DNA of 15,267 nucleotides from Pseudobacteriovorax sp. (GTDB lineage Bacteria; Bdellovibrionota_B; Oligoflexia; Oligoflexales; Oligoflexaceae): NCBI GenBank assembly GCA_050293845.1, contig JBNKNM010000127.1, positions 1 to 15,267 of the forward strand, read 5' to 3'. Shown piece by piece: positions 15,148 to 15,267 of this stretch (position 1 is its first letter; each line of letters starts with the position of its first letter). The notes under the pieces were generated by a model. It saw only the letters and a program-made list of their open reading frames with translations, ran no database searches and was not told where the DNA came from. The position numbers and the translations under genes were made by a program.

Positions 15148-15267
15148 AGACGTCTCCATATTTCTATTTAGCTTTATGAAAAAAGCCCTCTGCCGTTTGC
15201 TTTGGGGACACAAAGTAATAAAACAAAACAGGAATTAGTACAAATATAAAGAAGGCAGCCCTCACCA

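Overview
AT-rich bacterial accessory window. The gene types (transmembrane Hpt-HATPase kinase, receiver-PilZ-like protein, ACGS lipoproteins) suggest Oligoflexia/Bdellovibrionota, which is an inference. From left to right: a class I SAM methyltransferase truncated by the window edge (-), an ElaA GNAT, a membrane-anchored CheA-like kinase without a CheW domain, and a small phage/plasmid-type hypothetical protein. The most unusual part is 5.2-9.1 kb. It holds a Nep1-like necrosis toxin (NPP1/NLP, GHTHDWE motif, probable lipoprotein signal), transcribed divergently from two paralogous 4-Cys lipoproteins, with sigma-54-type -24/-12 elements facing both ways. A diverged second copy of the NLP locus follows; its coding region is about 75% deleted but its ~430-bp upstream region persists. 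The right part is a signalling cluster: a receiver/PilZ-like protein, a pseudogenised globin-coupled histidine kinase (two in-frame stops plus an ATPase deletion, only partly caught by the ORF track), an intact NifL/Aer-type PAS histidine kinase divergent from an NtrC-family sigma-54 activator, and a TetR. There is also a 98-bp element with perfect 16-bp terminal inverted repeats and an orphan sigma-54-like promoter ahead of an anti-Shine-Dalgarno tract. No rRNA, tRNA, CRISPR array or transposase was seen. All alignments were done by eye.
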